Shown here piece after piece: positions 1 through 11,455 of a stretch of DNA of 64,000 bases. Position numbers and translations under genes: made by a program. The stretch's first letter is position 1; every line of letters begins with the position of its first letter. The stretch covers positions 185,318,001-185,382,000 of the forward strand of contig OZ024743.1 of the NCBI GenBank assembly GCA_964016885.1, in the 5' to 3' direction. The notes under the pieces are model-generated. The model ran no database searches. It was not told the origin of the DNA and worked only from the letters and a program-made list of their open reading frames with translations. Source of the DNA: Eledone cirrhosa (taxonomy: Eukaryota).

Positions 1-986
1 GTGAATTTTTCTGTAATAATGAGATGATATGCTGCTGGTTGTCTCAGCTCCTGACATCCATATATTCAACAGAATCCAATCGGTTCCCATCATAAGAATC
101 TATCACTAACTGAGAAGGCAAACAGAAAAGCTCCTACACATTTTCTCTTTGGTTCACAATATGATTCTATAAAGTCACTAAATTTTGTAATAATATAAAA
201 TTATATATTTTATTTTTTTGCACTGAGAATATCAAAAGTATATAGCCAGCTCTGTTCTTCTAAAACACAAATGTTGTTCATTAGCTTAAGTATATTAAAC
301 AAAATAAAAAAACACAAAAGACTGCAGTATTTATAATGCATTTTTCTTTTCTACTTTTCCATTTTTTGGGTGTTATTTTTTAGAAAGCATGGCTCACTTG
401 GTATTATTTGTTTCCTTCCCAGACATTAGAGAAAAATATATCTAAATATAAAAATTTGGCCCTATATACAAATCAAGATATTTTGGTGTGTATTTTTGAG
501 TGTATATATTTTTTCTGAATGGACCTGTTAACCTGACAATAAAAAATCAACCACCATTTCTGACTATCAATCAACTGAGATTGGGTTCTAAAATAGCTAA
601 CTAAAGTCAGGTGTTGTACATATGTAATAGGATTAATAAAAGAATGTGTTCTGTTGATCATATATAATTTCATACATGTACAACAAAATTAGTTTAAGCA
701 TATGTGTTCTGTTGTATCACATAATTTCACAGAATGTATTTTAAAAAAAGTAATAATCCTACAATATTTTCATAGTTAGCTAATTTTCTGTGTGTTTTTT
801 TTTCTCATAGTTTTTACATATAGGAGATATAGTAGAGATTTTATAAAAATAGCTATATATTTTTGAAGCAATTCAATGACTTGGCACATGCAGTTTGGAA
901 TGATACTTGCTGGCCCTTATAGTTATCAAAGTTTTGATTAATATGAAATTGGAATCTTGGCTGATGTACAGCATTTGTATGACAAA

Positions 987-1091
987 TCAAAGGTCTTCAT
1001 CTCCTATTTCTTCAAATGCATTATTTTCCAACACACTTTGGATATTTTGGCCATCTCGTGAAGCCTTGAATGAAACATTTGCAAATTTGTC
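987..1091 (-). CDS. SNX17: SNX17 terminal exon 16 (DKFANVSFKASRDGQNIQSVLENNAFEEIGDEDL*)
   Basis: CTTTCAG acceptor, TGA at 989-987; ends in the conserved SNX17 motif N.AFE.IGDEDL. Confidence 0.97.
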   Translation of the reverse strand, partial: DKFANVSFKASRDGQNIQSVLENNAFEEIGDEDL

Positions 1092-1729
1092 CTGAAAGAG
1101 ATTAAAAAAAAGATAATCAAAAGTTTTAGGAACAGTAAGAAATAATTAATAAGAGTGTGCATAATTTCTAATATCTCACTATATCATTATGGAAAACCAG
1201 AGTAGCAACTTATTATATAGACATTGATTGGCTGATGAGAGCAGGATAGGTCTAAAAAGGGACATGTCTCATAAAGCTGAACTGATAAGGCAAAGGAAAA
1301 ACATAGGGAGAAATAGGGAGGCCATTTGAGGATTTCAAACCTTACAGACAACATGACATAACATTAAAAGACACCTGCAAATGTGCCCAACTCATATTAG
1401 AAAGGGAATATAAATGTGAAAACACTAATGGTGTTGGTAACTGGAGTCCAAAGTAACTTCTCTATTCTTATTCTATCATCACATAAATTACTGATATCTA
1501 GAATATACTAGCAAATTGTTACTTACAGTGAGTCACCTACAATAATTTGTAGATGCAGGCCCCAGCCCATCCATGAGGTCAGTAGCTCCACTTGAGTACC
1601 GACCTGGTCTTGCGATGACTAATCTAACCCTTGCTGATGAATTTGAAATGAAGTTTTGTAATTATTTTTTAATGTTAATTAATCACAGTTTCCCTTTTAC
1701 TGATACAATAAAGTATTCAGTCTTCAATA

Positions 1730-2897
1730 TATAATAATGATATAATAATAATGAAATTATTGTGTACAGTGCTCAGGTGCACTACAACTCATCAAAGGTG
1801 CATGTATATTACATAGAACAATGTACAAATGGAAAATGTACGAGTCATGAAATACATATGCGCGTGTGTATGGAGGAGGGATATCACGTATAGTGTTGGT
1901 GAATCTCAGGAAGCATGGAGGTTTTAAAGGATGCAGTGTCTCAACAGCTAACAACTGATGCAGGTAGTTTGATCCATGCTTCAGCAACTCTGAGCGTGAA
2001 AATTGTTTCCGAAAGTCATGGGAGCTGTGCTGTTTTCTGACTTTGTTGGCATGCCCACGTGTGTTAGACACATGGAAATCAAAAAGGTGCTCAGGGTTGT
2101 TGTTGGCAAGATGGTTAATAATTTTGTGGGTGTTTACCAATTCAGTTGCCAGATGTTGGAGCTTCAATGTATCCATGCCCAGGGAAGCAAGGTATTCAGA
2201 ATATGGTAGATGCCTGATGGAGGGTATTCGCTTGGTTGCATGTCTCTGAACAGTTTCCAGGCGGTCAATGTCCTGAGCAAGATAGGGGTTCCAGACTGGT
2301 GATGCAAATTCTAAGTGTGGCTGCACCATAGCTATATACAGCTTTAAATAGATAGCTGGAGAGCAGCTGACAAAGGTCCTGCTGAGTGATGCTAAGACAC
2401 CCTCCGCCTTCTTGACAATTTTAGAGACGTGCTTCGTCCAACGCAAATTGCTGCTGACAGTAATGCCCAGGTCACATTCACAAGAAGACTTCTTGATATT
2501 AGTGTTGTGGAGGGAGTATGTGGATGCTGTGTTTTTATTCCCAAAATGCATGGTGGTACACTTGTTCACAACCAACTTGAGTTGCCAGTCCGTGATCCAT
2601 TGTTGCATTGTGTCCAGGTCAGATTGTAGGCTAGATCTCTCCTTTTTATCTCAAGGTACAGCTTGTTGTCATCTGCATATTTCAGTACTGTGGCATTCTT
2701 TAAGTTGGCATCTATGTCATTAATATATGCCACAAACAAAAGGGGACCAACAACAGATCCCTGTGGTACACCAGATGACACTTCATATGGTGAAGAATGC
2801 TTTCCTAGAATCGTGACCACTTCTCTTTGACTGAGAATGAAGGACTTCAACCAGTTAAAAAGACTATCCTTCACACCCATTGCAGAGAGTTTTGCAA
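1730..2897 (-). mobile_element. 5'-truncated CR1-like LINE (family A, copy 1), RT C-half + 3'UTR + (ATT)n tail
   Basis: SGVPQGSVVGPLLF...YADD (2566..2880) and PHLEFASPVWNPY...ETVQR.ATK (1757..2608), frameshifted; tail at about 1730-1756. Confidence 0.9.
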
Positions 2898-3099
2898 CTT
2901 AACATGCTTTCAGTGTATAAATAATTAGGATATTATGAAAGAAAATACTTGTATATTTAGTGTGAACTAAGAAGATATTTTTCTGTCATCTACCAGAAAA
3001 AAAAAAAAAAAAAAAAAAAAAAGAAAAAAAGAAAAAAAGAAAAAAAGAAAAAAAGAAAAAAAGAAAATTGTTTTTGTAATCTATGAAAAGCTACTTACA
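2894..3099 (-). repeat. Dispersed duplicate of the first ~170 nt of SNX17 intron 15 (source 4369-4543) including the GTAAGTAG donor, with expanded A/T tract
   Basis: Direct match gcaacttaacat...gctttcagtgtataaataattaggatattatgaaagaaaatacttg...ctacttaca at both loci. Confidence 0.92.
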
Positions 3100-3194
3100 T
3101 ATATATGTATATATATATATATATCCATAAACCTACTTCGACATGTTGCAGTGTGATGAGATGGCCAAATGGGATTTAATACTGAACCACCTGC

Positions 3195-3365
3195 TCATGA
3201 GTTCATCTACTTCTATAATATATAAAAGTAGTGCTGTGATGAGTTCCAACATCATCATCTTCATCATCTACTTCTATAATATATAGAAGTAGTACTGCGA
3301 TGAGTTTCAATATCATCATTATTATCATCTACTTCTATATATGGTAGTACTACGATGAGTTACAA
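3195..3365. repeat. ~60-bp degenerate tandem repeat (x3) with internal palindrome CTACTTCTATA-ATA-TATAGAAGTAG
   Basis: Repeated (g)atgagtt...catcatctacttctata...gtagtactgc units. Confidence 0.75.
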
Positions 3366-3539
3366 CCCATTGCTGGACAGAACAATATATTCTGCACTGT
3401 TTCAGACTACCTCTTTATTAGAATTAGGTATCAGATCATCAAATAATGTTTTCTTTCATCTAGGAGAAGATTTATCTCCCATCTGCTTCTGACTATGAAG
3501 TAAAAACTAAGCATCAGCTCTGAACAACCTCTTTAGGAT

Positions 3540-4175
3540 ATAATAATAATAATAATAATAATGAAATTATTGTGTAAAGTGCTCAGGTGCACTACAACTC
3601 GTCAAAGGTGCATGTATAGTACATAGAATAATATACAAATGTCAGGGAAGTGAATAGTATATGAATAATGATATACATGTGTGCATGTGTATGGAGGGGG
3701 AACATTAGGTGTAGTGTTAGTGAATCTCGGAAAGCATGGAGGTTTTAAAGGATGCAGTGTCTCGACAGCTAACAACTGATGCAGGTAGTTTGTTCCATGC
3801 TTCAGCAACTCTGAGCGTGAAAAAATGTTTCCGAAAGTCATGGGAACTGTGTTGTTTTCTGACTTTGTGGGCATGCCCACATGTGTTAGACACATGGAAA
3901 TCAAAAAGGTGCTCAGGGTTGTTGTTGGCAAGATGGTTAACAATTTTGTGGGTGTTTACCAAGTCAGTTGCCAGGCGTCGGAGCTTCAATGTATCCATGC
4001 CCAGGGAAGCAAGGCGTTCAGAGTATGGTAGATGCCTGATGGAAGGTATTCGCTTGGTTGCACGTCTCTGAACAGTTTCCAGGTGGTCAATATTCTGAGC
4101 AAGATAGGGGTTCCAGACTGGTGATGCAAATTCTAAGTGTGGCTTCATCATAGCCATGTACAGCCTTATAAAAGA
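3540..4175 (-). mobile_element. 5'-truncated CR1-like LINE (family A, copy 2)
   Basis: ORF 3717..4178 PHLEFASPVWNPY...FFTLRVAEAWNKLP; same 3'UTR and (ATT)n tail as copy 1. Confidence 0.9.
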
Positions 4176-4542
4176 CATTTTAAAAATTATTATTGGGATT
4201 TGTTTGTTTTTAATCCCAGCTTAGTTGTTTGTCTTTTATTTACTTTTACAACTATGATTTGTGATGAAGTTTTTTTATAGACTGTTTTAACATGAAGCCA
4301 ACTATTTTAGACTTGAGTTTTCATCATTTCTTCCATATTACATAACCACAGAGTAAAGATAATATTTAGCAACTTAACATGGCCACATGGGACATACATG
4401 CTTTCAGTGTATAAATAATTAGGATATTATGAAAGAAAATACTTGTATATTTAGTGTGAACTAAGTAGATATTTTTTTGTCATCCGCCAAAAAAAAAAAA
4501 AAAGAAGAAAATTGTTTTTGTAATCTATGAAAAACTACTTAC

Positions 4543-4599
4543 AGATATTTTTTTCACTGAATCCACTGCTTTATTGATAGCACTCTGTTGGTAGTCGTT
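4543..4599 (-). CDS. SNX17: SNX17 exon 15 (NDYQQSAINKAVDSVKKIS)
   Basis: T-rich TAG acceptor, TCT|GTAAGT donor, 57 nt, phase 0-0; joins to DKF giving SVKKISDKF, similar to SMVKLSSKL. Confidence 0.85.
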
Positions 4600-4782
4600 C
4601 TAAAAAACAAACAAAAAACCAATCAAAGTTGGTGGAATGCAAATATTATTTAATAAAGATATTAAAAGATTCTTAAAACAAAGAAAAATCTCACTAATTG
4701 AAATTGTTTCACTGGCTCTGATATTTATGGTTGCAATTATATGAGAGTGTGCACATGAAAAAAAGAATATATATGAGAGTTC

Positions 4783-4980
4783 CACACTGTAAATGTGGTC
4801 GGTGTTAGGAAGGGCATTGAGCTGTAAAATACCTGGCCAAATTTACAGTCCTCATTGGAGCAAGGTACGGCGTGGCCAACTCTGGCCAGACTTGCCTCTC
4901 AGCGTGGATGACCTGTCTAACCCATGTAAGCATGGAAAAATGGATGCTAAACGGTGATAATGATGATGATGAGAAGAAGA
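4783..4980 (+). mobile_element. RTE-type 3' tail/SINE fragment ending in (GAT)n
   Basis: ggtgttaggaagggcat...tctaacccatg..agcatggaaaa..tgatgatga motif shared with many copies in the window. Confidence 0.7.
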
Positions 4981-4998
4981 GAATTCAGAGAATTCAAT

Positions 4999-5701
4999 CC
5001 ATCTCTAAAATTGTCAAGCAGGCCGAGGGTGTCTTGGCATCACTCAGCAAGACCTTTGTTAGCTGCTCTCCAGCCATCTATTTAAAGCTGTATATAGCTA
5101 TGGTACGACCACACTTGGAATTCGCATCATCAGTCTGGAACCCCTATCTTGCTCAGAACATTGACTTCCTGGAAACTGTTCAGAGATGTGCAACCAAATG
5201 CATACCCTCCATCAGACACCTACCATACTCTGAACGCCTTGCTTCCCTGGGCATGGATTCATTGAAGCTCCGATGTCTGGCAATGGACTTGGTAAACACC
5301 CACAAAGTTATTAACCATCTCGCCAACAACAACCCTGAGCACCTTTTTGATGGCCTTGTGTCTAACACACGTGGACATGCCTACAAAGTCAGAAAACAGC
5401 ACAGCTCCCATGACTTTCGGAAACATTTTTTCACGCTTAGAGTTGCTGAAGCATGGAAAAACTGCCTGCGTCAGTTGTTAGCTGCTGAGACACTGCATCC
5501 TTTAAAACCCTCATGCTTCCCGAAATTCGCCAAAACTACACCTGATGTCCCTCTTCCATACACATGCACACGTGTATATCATGACTCATGCACTGTTCAT
5601 TTTCCTGATGTTTGTACATTACCCTATGTACTATACATACACTTTTGATGAGTTGTAGTGCACCTGAGCACTGTACACAATATTTTCATTATTATTATTA
5701 T
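4999..5701 (+). mobile_element. 5'-truncated CR1-like LINE (family A, copy 3), inverted relative to copies 1 and 2
   Basis: ORF 4872..5648 carries ISKIVKQAEGVLASLSKTF...PHLEFASSVWNPY; (ATT)n tail at about 5688-5701. Confidence 0.9.
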
Positions 5702-6351
5702 AAAGAGTTACACAACAATCTATTGACTAATGTAAAATATCTAGTTAATCTGTATAAAGAATACTGAAGAGATTAAAAATGTGACACATAGGTGTTTGCA
5801 TTTTTATTCATGTTTCTATACTATATACTATAGCTAACTGCTTTATTTAAAAAATAAAATTGTCATCATTATCATCATTTTAAGTCTGTTTCTATGTTTT
5901 CATGGGTTAGACAGGTTGTCATGTTATGAGATTAGACAGTTCAGGTGACCACATCTTGCTCATACATTTCATTTTTTGGGGTTGGGTATCTATGGCTCGA
6001 TGGCATTCCTAACATCAGCCACTTCACAGCATGTACTGGGAGCTTTTTTCATACATCAGCACTACAAGAATGTCAACATTAAGTTAATTTAATCATCAAT
6101 AATTTTGTGTTGTTACTTAGTCTCTAATCAGCTTTGGTCCAGTAAAACTATGTGCACAGAACATGGGTCTACATGGGTCTACAGGATCAGAGCTAACCTA
6201 GGGTTAAACAATTGTGGTCAACTGTTTTCGAAGTTTATCCTGGATCTACATTATCCAATGTGTCTTTCCCTTTTTAGGGCAGTAAAATGTAAATTGAGAG
6301 ATATTTGTTTGCTGTTGAATTGATCACATAAAAGCTCGTTTGTTGGCTAAT

Positions 6352-7340
6352 TACCATAAATACTCTAGCCCCCTCTCCTCATTTTATGTCTGAGAAATGG
6401 GTAAAAATCCAAGCCCCATTTATAAGACAAGAGAGCTAATCAACACATTATGGGATGGTTTTGAAATTCCCTGAGGGGAGAAAATACTTACGAAGTTTTA
6501 ATATTTTGATATTTAAATGTTTTAAGTGATATTTAGCATATAGTTTTTGTTTCACAAATCTACTATGCAATGACATTTTTACCATTTCATTTGTGAAAAT
6601 AAGACTATCCCTTCCCACATTTTTAGAAAATTTTATTTCTTTATAATCTGAAAATAAAAAAGCATGAGAAAATTCTAAATTAATATAATATAAAGTATTC
6701 ACTTCCCTGACATTTGTATATTATTCTATGTACTATACATGCACCTTTGACGAGTTGTAGTGCACCTGAGCACTTTACACAATAATTTCATTATTTCATT
6801 ATTTCATTTATTTCAAATGGAGATATATTTTCTTTAACTATTATGAAGATCATTAGAAACACTAGGAGGAGATGAACATGAATAGGAAATAGGAGAAGAT
6901 GAAAATGAATAGGAAGAGACAGCAAGCAAGAGAGAGGAGAGGCAGAACGAGAAAAGGAGAGGGAGAGAGAGAAAGTGAGCGAGCAAAATAAAAAACAAGA
7001 TTTGAAAGAAAAAGTATAATTAAGTCGCAGAGAAAAACAGTCGCTACACGTGTATGTGTGCACGTGAGTGTATGCGTATAAGTGCAAGGGATATTTATGT
7101 ATTAAAAAGTTCAAATAATAAAAATTAGTGAGGAAGATTCTCAATGCAATGCATAAACAAAATCCACGACAATGTAGTAAATGTAGAAAAAAATGTTTCA
7201 TAATGAAACAATCACTCCAGATATTTTAGCACCTTATTTATGTAGAATTTGAAGTTGGTGAAAATCATCAAAATATTAACCCTGAATATAAGCTGACCCC
7301 CATTTTACCATTGATTTTTCTATCACATATTCCTCGGCTT
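6352..7340. mobile_element. pogo/Tc2-like non-autonomous DNA element with a nested LINE 3' end
   Basis: Right end ctcggcttatatttgagtatatacagta matches the TIR at 44980; internal tatgtctgagaaatgggtaaaaatccaa is shared with 58125 and 45110. Confidence 0.6.
6696..6810 (+). mobile_element. CR1-like family A 3' terminal fragment (copy 4)
   Basis: About 97 nt identical to the reverse complement of the copy 2 3'UTR; (ATTTC/ATT) tail. Confidence 0.85.
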
Positions 7341-7582
7341 ATATTTGAGTATATACAGTAGTACTTATATATAGCCTTGTTGTCAATTTTTTTTTAGCTT
7401 TGAAACTATTAAAAGTTATGTGTGCTTGAAAACTGAAGTTTGCTGTGTTGGATCATATTGTACAATATCAACAGATATTTTGGTTCAACTATGATCTTGT
7501 ATGCATATTTACAAGGAAAGATTGTGTATTAAATGTTTAAAAAATGTGTGTAATCAATTAGAGTTGAATTGGGTATTTTACT

Positions 7583-7818
7583 ATAATTGTTTCTACTTTA
7601 GGCACAAGGCCAGCAATTACCCAGTGCATTACTGGTACTTTATTTTATCGACCCCGTAAGGATGAAAGGCAAAGTCAACCTCGGCGGGATTTGAACTCAG
7701 ATCGTAAAGGGACGTAACTATGCTGGAAAGCATGGCGTCAGACCCTCTACCGATACTGCCAATCCACCACCCTTACCGATACTGCCAATCCACCACCCTT
7801 ACCGATACTGCCAATCCA
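7583..7818 (-). mobile_element. tRNA-derived SINE family B (central domain resembling Meta/MESC), with locally triplicated head segment
   Basis: On minus: GGATTGGCAGTATCGGTA (A-box-like), GAGTTCAAATCC (B box), CTTTGCCTTTCATCCTTACGGGGTCGATAAAATAAAGTACCAG. Further copies at about 8795-8905, 8975-9170, 9280-9920, 33655-33900, 34405-34592, 44405-44460, 57319-57445, 58560-58770. Confidence 0.85.
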
Positions 7819-10789
7819 AATGATGTCTCAACATATGAGATGGTGTAAAGGGAGCCAGTGGAACTTCTACTTTACTTGCTACATATAGCAGTCAAATCTG
7901 CTTCTCAAAATACATAGAAAATTACCAAACTGTATTAGTAAAGAACACGTATGAAGACTTACTGCCTAGAACGGTCTGACTTACAATAAAAACAGGCTGG
8001 TTACAACTTGCTTACTGATTGAACAGTTATTTCATCATACAGCATTATGTTATGTGTATGTAAATTATCTTTGCTGTAAAGATTTTGGTTAAAATTCAAG
8101 TTAATAAGTCCAAATGCAGTCATATGATTAAGAAGTTTACTTCACAACCATGTCTGGTTCCATTGATTCATCATCTGATCCCATTGTGCAAGTTATATTT
8201 ACTGTTTCACTGTAGCCACAGTTTAATAAATGACTTGTGAATGTGATCTGGTAGACAGAAACTGTGTGGTTACCCAGCATGTCATCATCATCATCACCAT
8301 CGTTATGTAACATCTATTTTTCCATGCTGGCAAGTCAGTACTTAATAGGAGCTACTAATCTCTCAGATGGGACAGTGAAGGGGGAATTTTGCTTACATAA
8401 TTCTATTGCTTTTGTTGCTCACAGATTCTTGCTCTTTTTATGACAGAAAACAGATAGTAAGAAAGAAAAGTAGAGAAATAAGAGGAAAAAGAGGACCAGT
8501 GAAAGAAAGGATTTCAAAATAGGGGTCTATAATGATTAGAAAACAATGAACTGAATATGCAATATAGATTTGAAAATAAAGAAAAAAGAAAAACCCCAAA
8601 CAAAACAGAATGAGCACAAGTGATTTAAGACGAAGTGTTATCATCATTGAGGTGATTATAAAAATGTAATGAAAATGGTAATTGTATGGAGAAGCTAAAA
8701 CATTATGGAATTTTAATAGCACCAAATCCCACCACCACCACCATTCCCAAATAATTATTTGAGACAGAATTGAATGTTTGTTCATGCAAGGCATAAAATA
8801 ATTGTTTCTATTTTTGGCACAAGGCCAGCAATTACCCAGTGCATTACTGGTACTTTATTTTATCGTCCCTGTAAGGATGAAAGGCAAAGTTAACCTCCGC
8901 GGGATAAAATAATGACAGACAAAACTATGCTATCACTCATTCAAGCCATACAGCATGGAAAATAAAACATTACTTTAATAATTGTTTCTACTTTTGGCAC
9001 AAGGCCAGCAATTACCCAGTGTATTACTGGTACTTTATTTTATCGTCCCTGTAAGGATGAAAGGCAAAGTTAACCTCGGCGGGATTTGAACTCAGACCAT
9101 AAAGGGCCGTAACTTTTTGCTGCAAAGCATGGCGTCCGACCCTCTACCAATACTGCCAATCCACTGCCCATTACTTTAATAATGTCCTATATAAAATTGT
9201 ATTAGCATATTATAACTGAATTAAGTATTAATTCAAACTGACTACAAAATTGATAGGGTTTTAGACAACCAGTCTAATATGATTTGAAACTTAGGCAAAT
9301 GACAGAAAAATGTTGAGGAAGGGCAAAGTTGATTAAATCAACTCCAGTACTTGACTGGTAATTATTGTCTCCAGAAGGATGAAAGACAAAGTTGACCAAG
9401 GTGAGATTTGAACTCAGAATATAAAGAGCCAAATGATATACCACAATGGCATTTTATCTGATACTCTACCAATCACGTTGATTAAATCGATCACAGTACT
9501 TTACTGGTACTTTATCTTATCGAACTAGGAAGGATAAAAGGTAAAGTTGACCTCCATGGGATTTGAACTCAGAACATAAAGGGTCACAACTAGATGCCCC
9601 AGTGCACTAATGGTTCTGCCAATCCATTGCCCTAATGCTGACAAGTGTTTTGTTGGTTGGCCGTGCTGAGTTCAATGCTTCCTATGGAATATATTCAGAA
9701 GAGTTGTTCAGCCCCACTGGACATGTTCTTCCTAATGGTTTCTAATTTTGGCACAAGGCCAGTAATATGGGAAGAGGTGAGGGTCAATTAAATAAACCCC
9801 GGTACTTTATTTTATCAGAAGGATGACAAAGTTGACCTTGATGGGATCTGAACTAAGAATATAAAGAGCCAGAACATATACTGTGAAGCATTTGTCTGAT
9901 GCTCTAACATCTCCACCAATCTCTTTATAACACTAACTGTTCAACTTTGAAGTAGGTGCAGTATTTATTATTCAATCAATCAAATTGATGCAAGCATAAT
10001 ACACTAGTTTAAGGGCACAATCTAACAGTAGTTACAATTTAAAATCCAGCATCTAAAGTTTATATTCACTTTATCTCATAATCAGTACATAAAATATAGT
10101 AATAATGAAATGCTATGCATAACAAACACTATGCTAATTATCTTGATAAAAAATAAAGAAATTATTTGTAATTTCATGCGGTTATTAAACTGAAAAACAA
10201 AAACACCCAAAAAACAAAGAGGAGGCAGAAAATAAATATAAAACCAAAACTGCTCAAACCAAATAACAAAAGCAATATAACTAATATAAAGAAATTTTAA
10301 CAAAAACTTCTCAGCTTTGTGTCCTTTGCTTCAATACAAATTTAATTATTATCATATAGACTTTTCTGAAATAGAAACATGTGAATTATTTTAAAGGCAT
10401 GTTGTTTCCTCAAATTCTAAGACACTGCTTTTCACTAATAGAAACTTAAAATACTGCTTTTCCATGCAGAAAATAAAATACCAAATGAAGGTTATAATGA
10501 AAGAAAAAAAAAAAAAATCTGCTGAGAAGAGGAAGGAAAGATATCATGCTGACACAATGAGGATAGCACATACTTCCAAAAGTTCAGAGTATAAATATAA
10601 TCCAGTTGGCTGCATGGAAAGAAAAAGCATAAGCATTCTTGTTATTACATAAAGTAGCAGTTATTTCTAAATTGATTAATATAGAAACATTAAATAATTA
10701 AGACAAATTTTATTTTAATAATAAAAGTTATTCATAAATTCATCTATCAAGAAGTCAATCAAAATATTTTAAAGGTTAGTTGTCAGACC

Positions 10790-10946
10790 CCGAGCAAGAT
10801 GGTTGGATAACATCCATGAGCTTAGCTGGTCACACTTGGGGATCCAGCTGGATCAGTTGGGGATGGTTGCTTCTGACAGGACCTGCTGGAAGGAGTGTAC
10901 CCCCATGACCCTCTTAGGAATCACTGGGCGAAGAAGTAGAAGAAGT
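10790..10946 (+). mobile_element. RTE LINE 3' end fragment with (AGA)n tail
   Basis: agaccccgagcaagatggttggataacatccatgagct matches the reverse complement of 62700-62735. Confidence 0.75.
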
Positions 10947-11083
10947 CATCACAGAGTCACTGCAACATATCGACAGCAGGGAGAAGATATAGTGCAGTGA
11001 TGCAAACTGTGGTTGTCACATAGTCATGGCAACACACTGTCACAAAGTCCCTGCAACATATCAAGAGCGGCATCAAAGTTGAT

Positions 11084-11455
11084 CATCACATAGTCCCTGC
11101 AATATATTGATAGCAGGGAGATTATATAGTGCAGTGAGGTCATCACATAGTCCCTGCAATATATTGATAGCAGGGAGATTATATAGTGCAGTGAGATCAT
11201 CACATAGTCCCTGCAATATATTGATAGCAGGGAGATTATATAGTGCAGTGAGGTCATCACATAGTCCCTGCAATATATTGATAGCAGGGAGATTATATAG
11301 TGCAGTGAGGTCATCACATAGTCCCTGCAATATATTGATAGCAGGGAGATTATATAGTGCAGTGAGGTCATCACATAGTCACTGCAATATATTGATAGCA
11401 GGGAGATTATATAGTGCAGTGAGATCATCACATAGTCACTGCAACATATCGAGAG
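11084..11455. repeat. 57-bp minisatellite, ~6.5 near-identical units, each with a TCCCTGC...GCAGGGA hairpin
   Basis: Unit catcacatagtccctgcaatatattgatagcagggagattatatagtgcagtgaggt at 11084, 11141, 11198, 11255, 11312, 11369, 11426; degenerate flanking copies at 10947-11075 and 11455-11510. Confidence 0.95.

Noticed and set aside
1527-1625. Extra SNX17 coding exon ending at the GTAAGT at 1526
   Set aside because: The phase-0 frame has a TGA just before the donor, and the available acceptors give stops or a frameshift into exon 16.
1630-1656. CTGATGA-ATTT-GAAA hammerhead core on plus
   Set aside because: No convincing stems I-III; likely chance in AT-rich DNA.
4872-5648. 258-aa plus-strand ORF as a host gene
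   Set aside because: Chance fusion of a SINE/RTE tail with a CR1-like fragment; GTG start and frameshifted end.
6791-10652. Short hydrophobic or Lys-rich ORFs (e.g. 6791-7201, 8438-8794, 10082-10303)
   Set aside because: Low-complexity AT-rich or microsatellite-derived reading frames without recognisable domains.
11084-11455. CRISPR-like palindromic repeat array / 19-aa repeat proteins in the ORF track
   Set aside because: Units are contiguous and identical with no unique spacers, there are no cas genes and the context is eukaryotic. The ORFs arise because 57 is divisible by 3.
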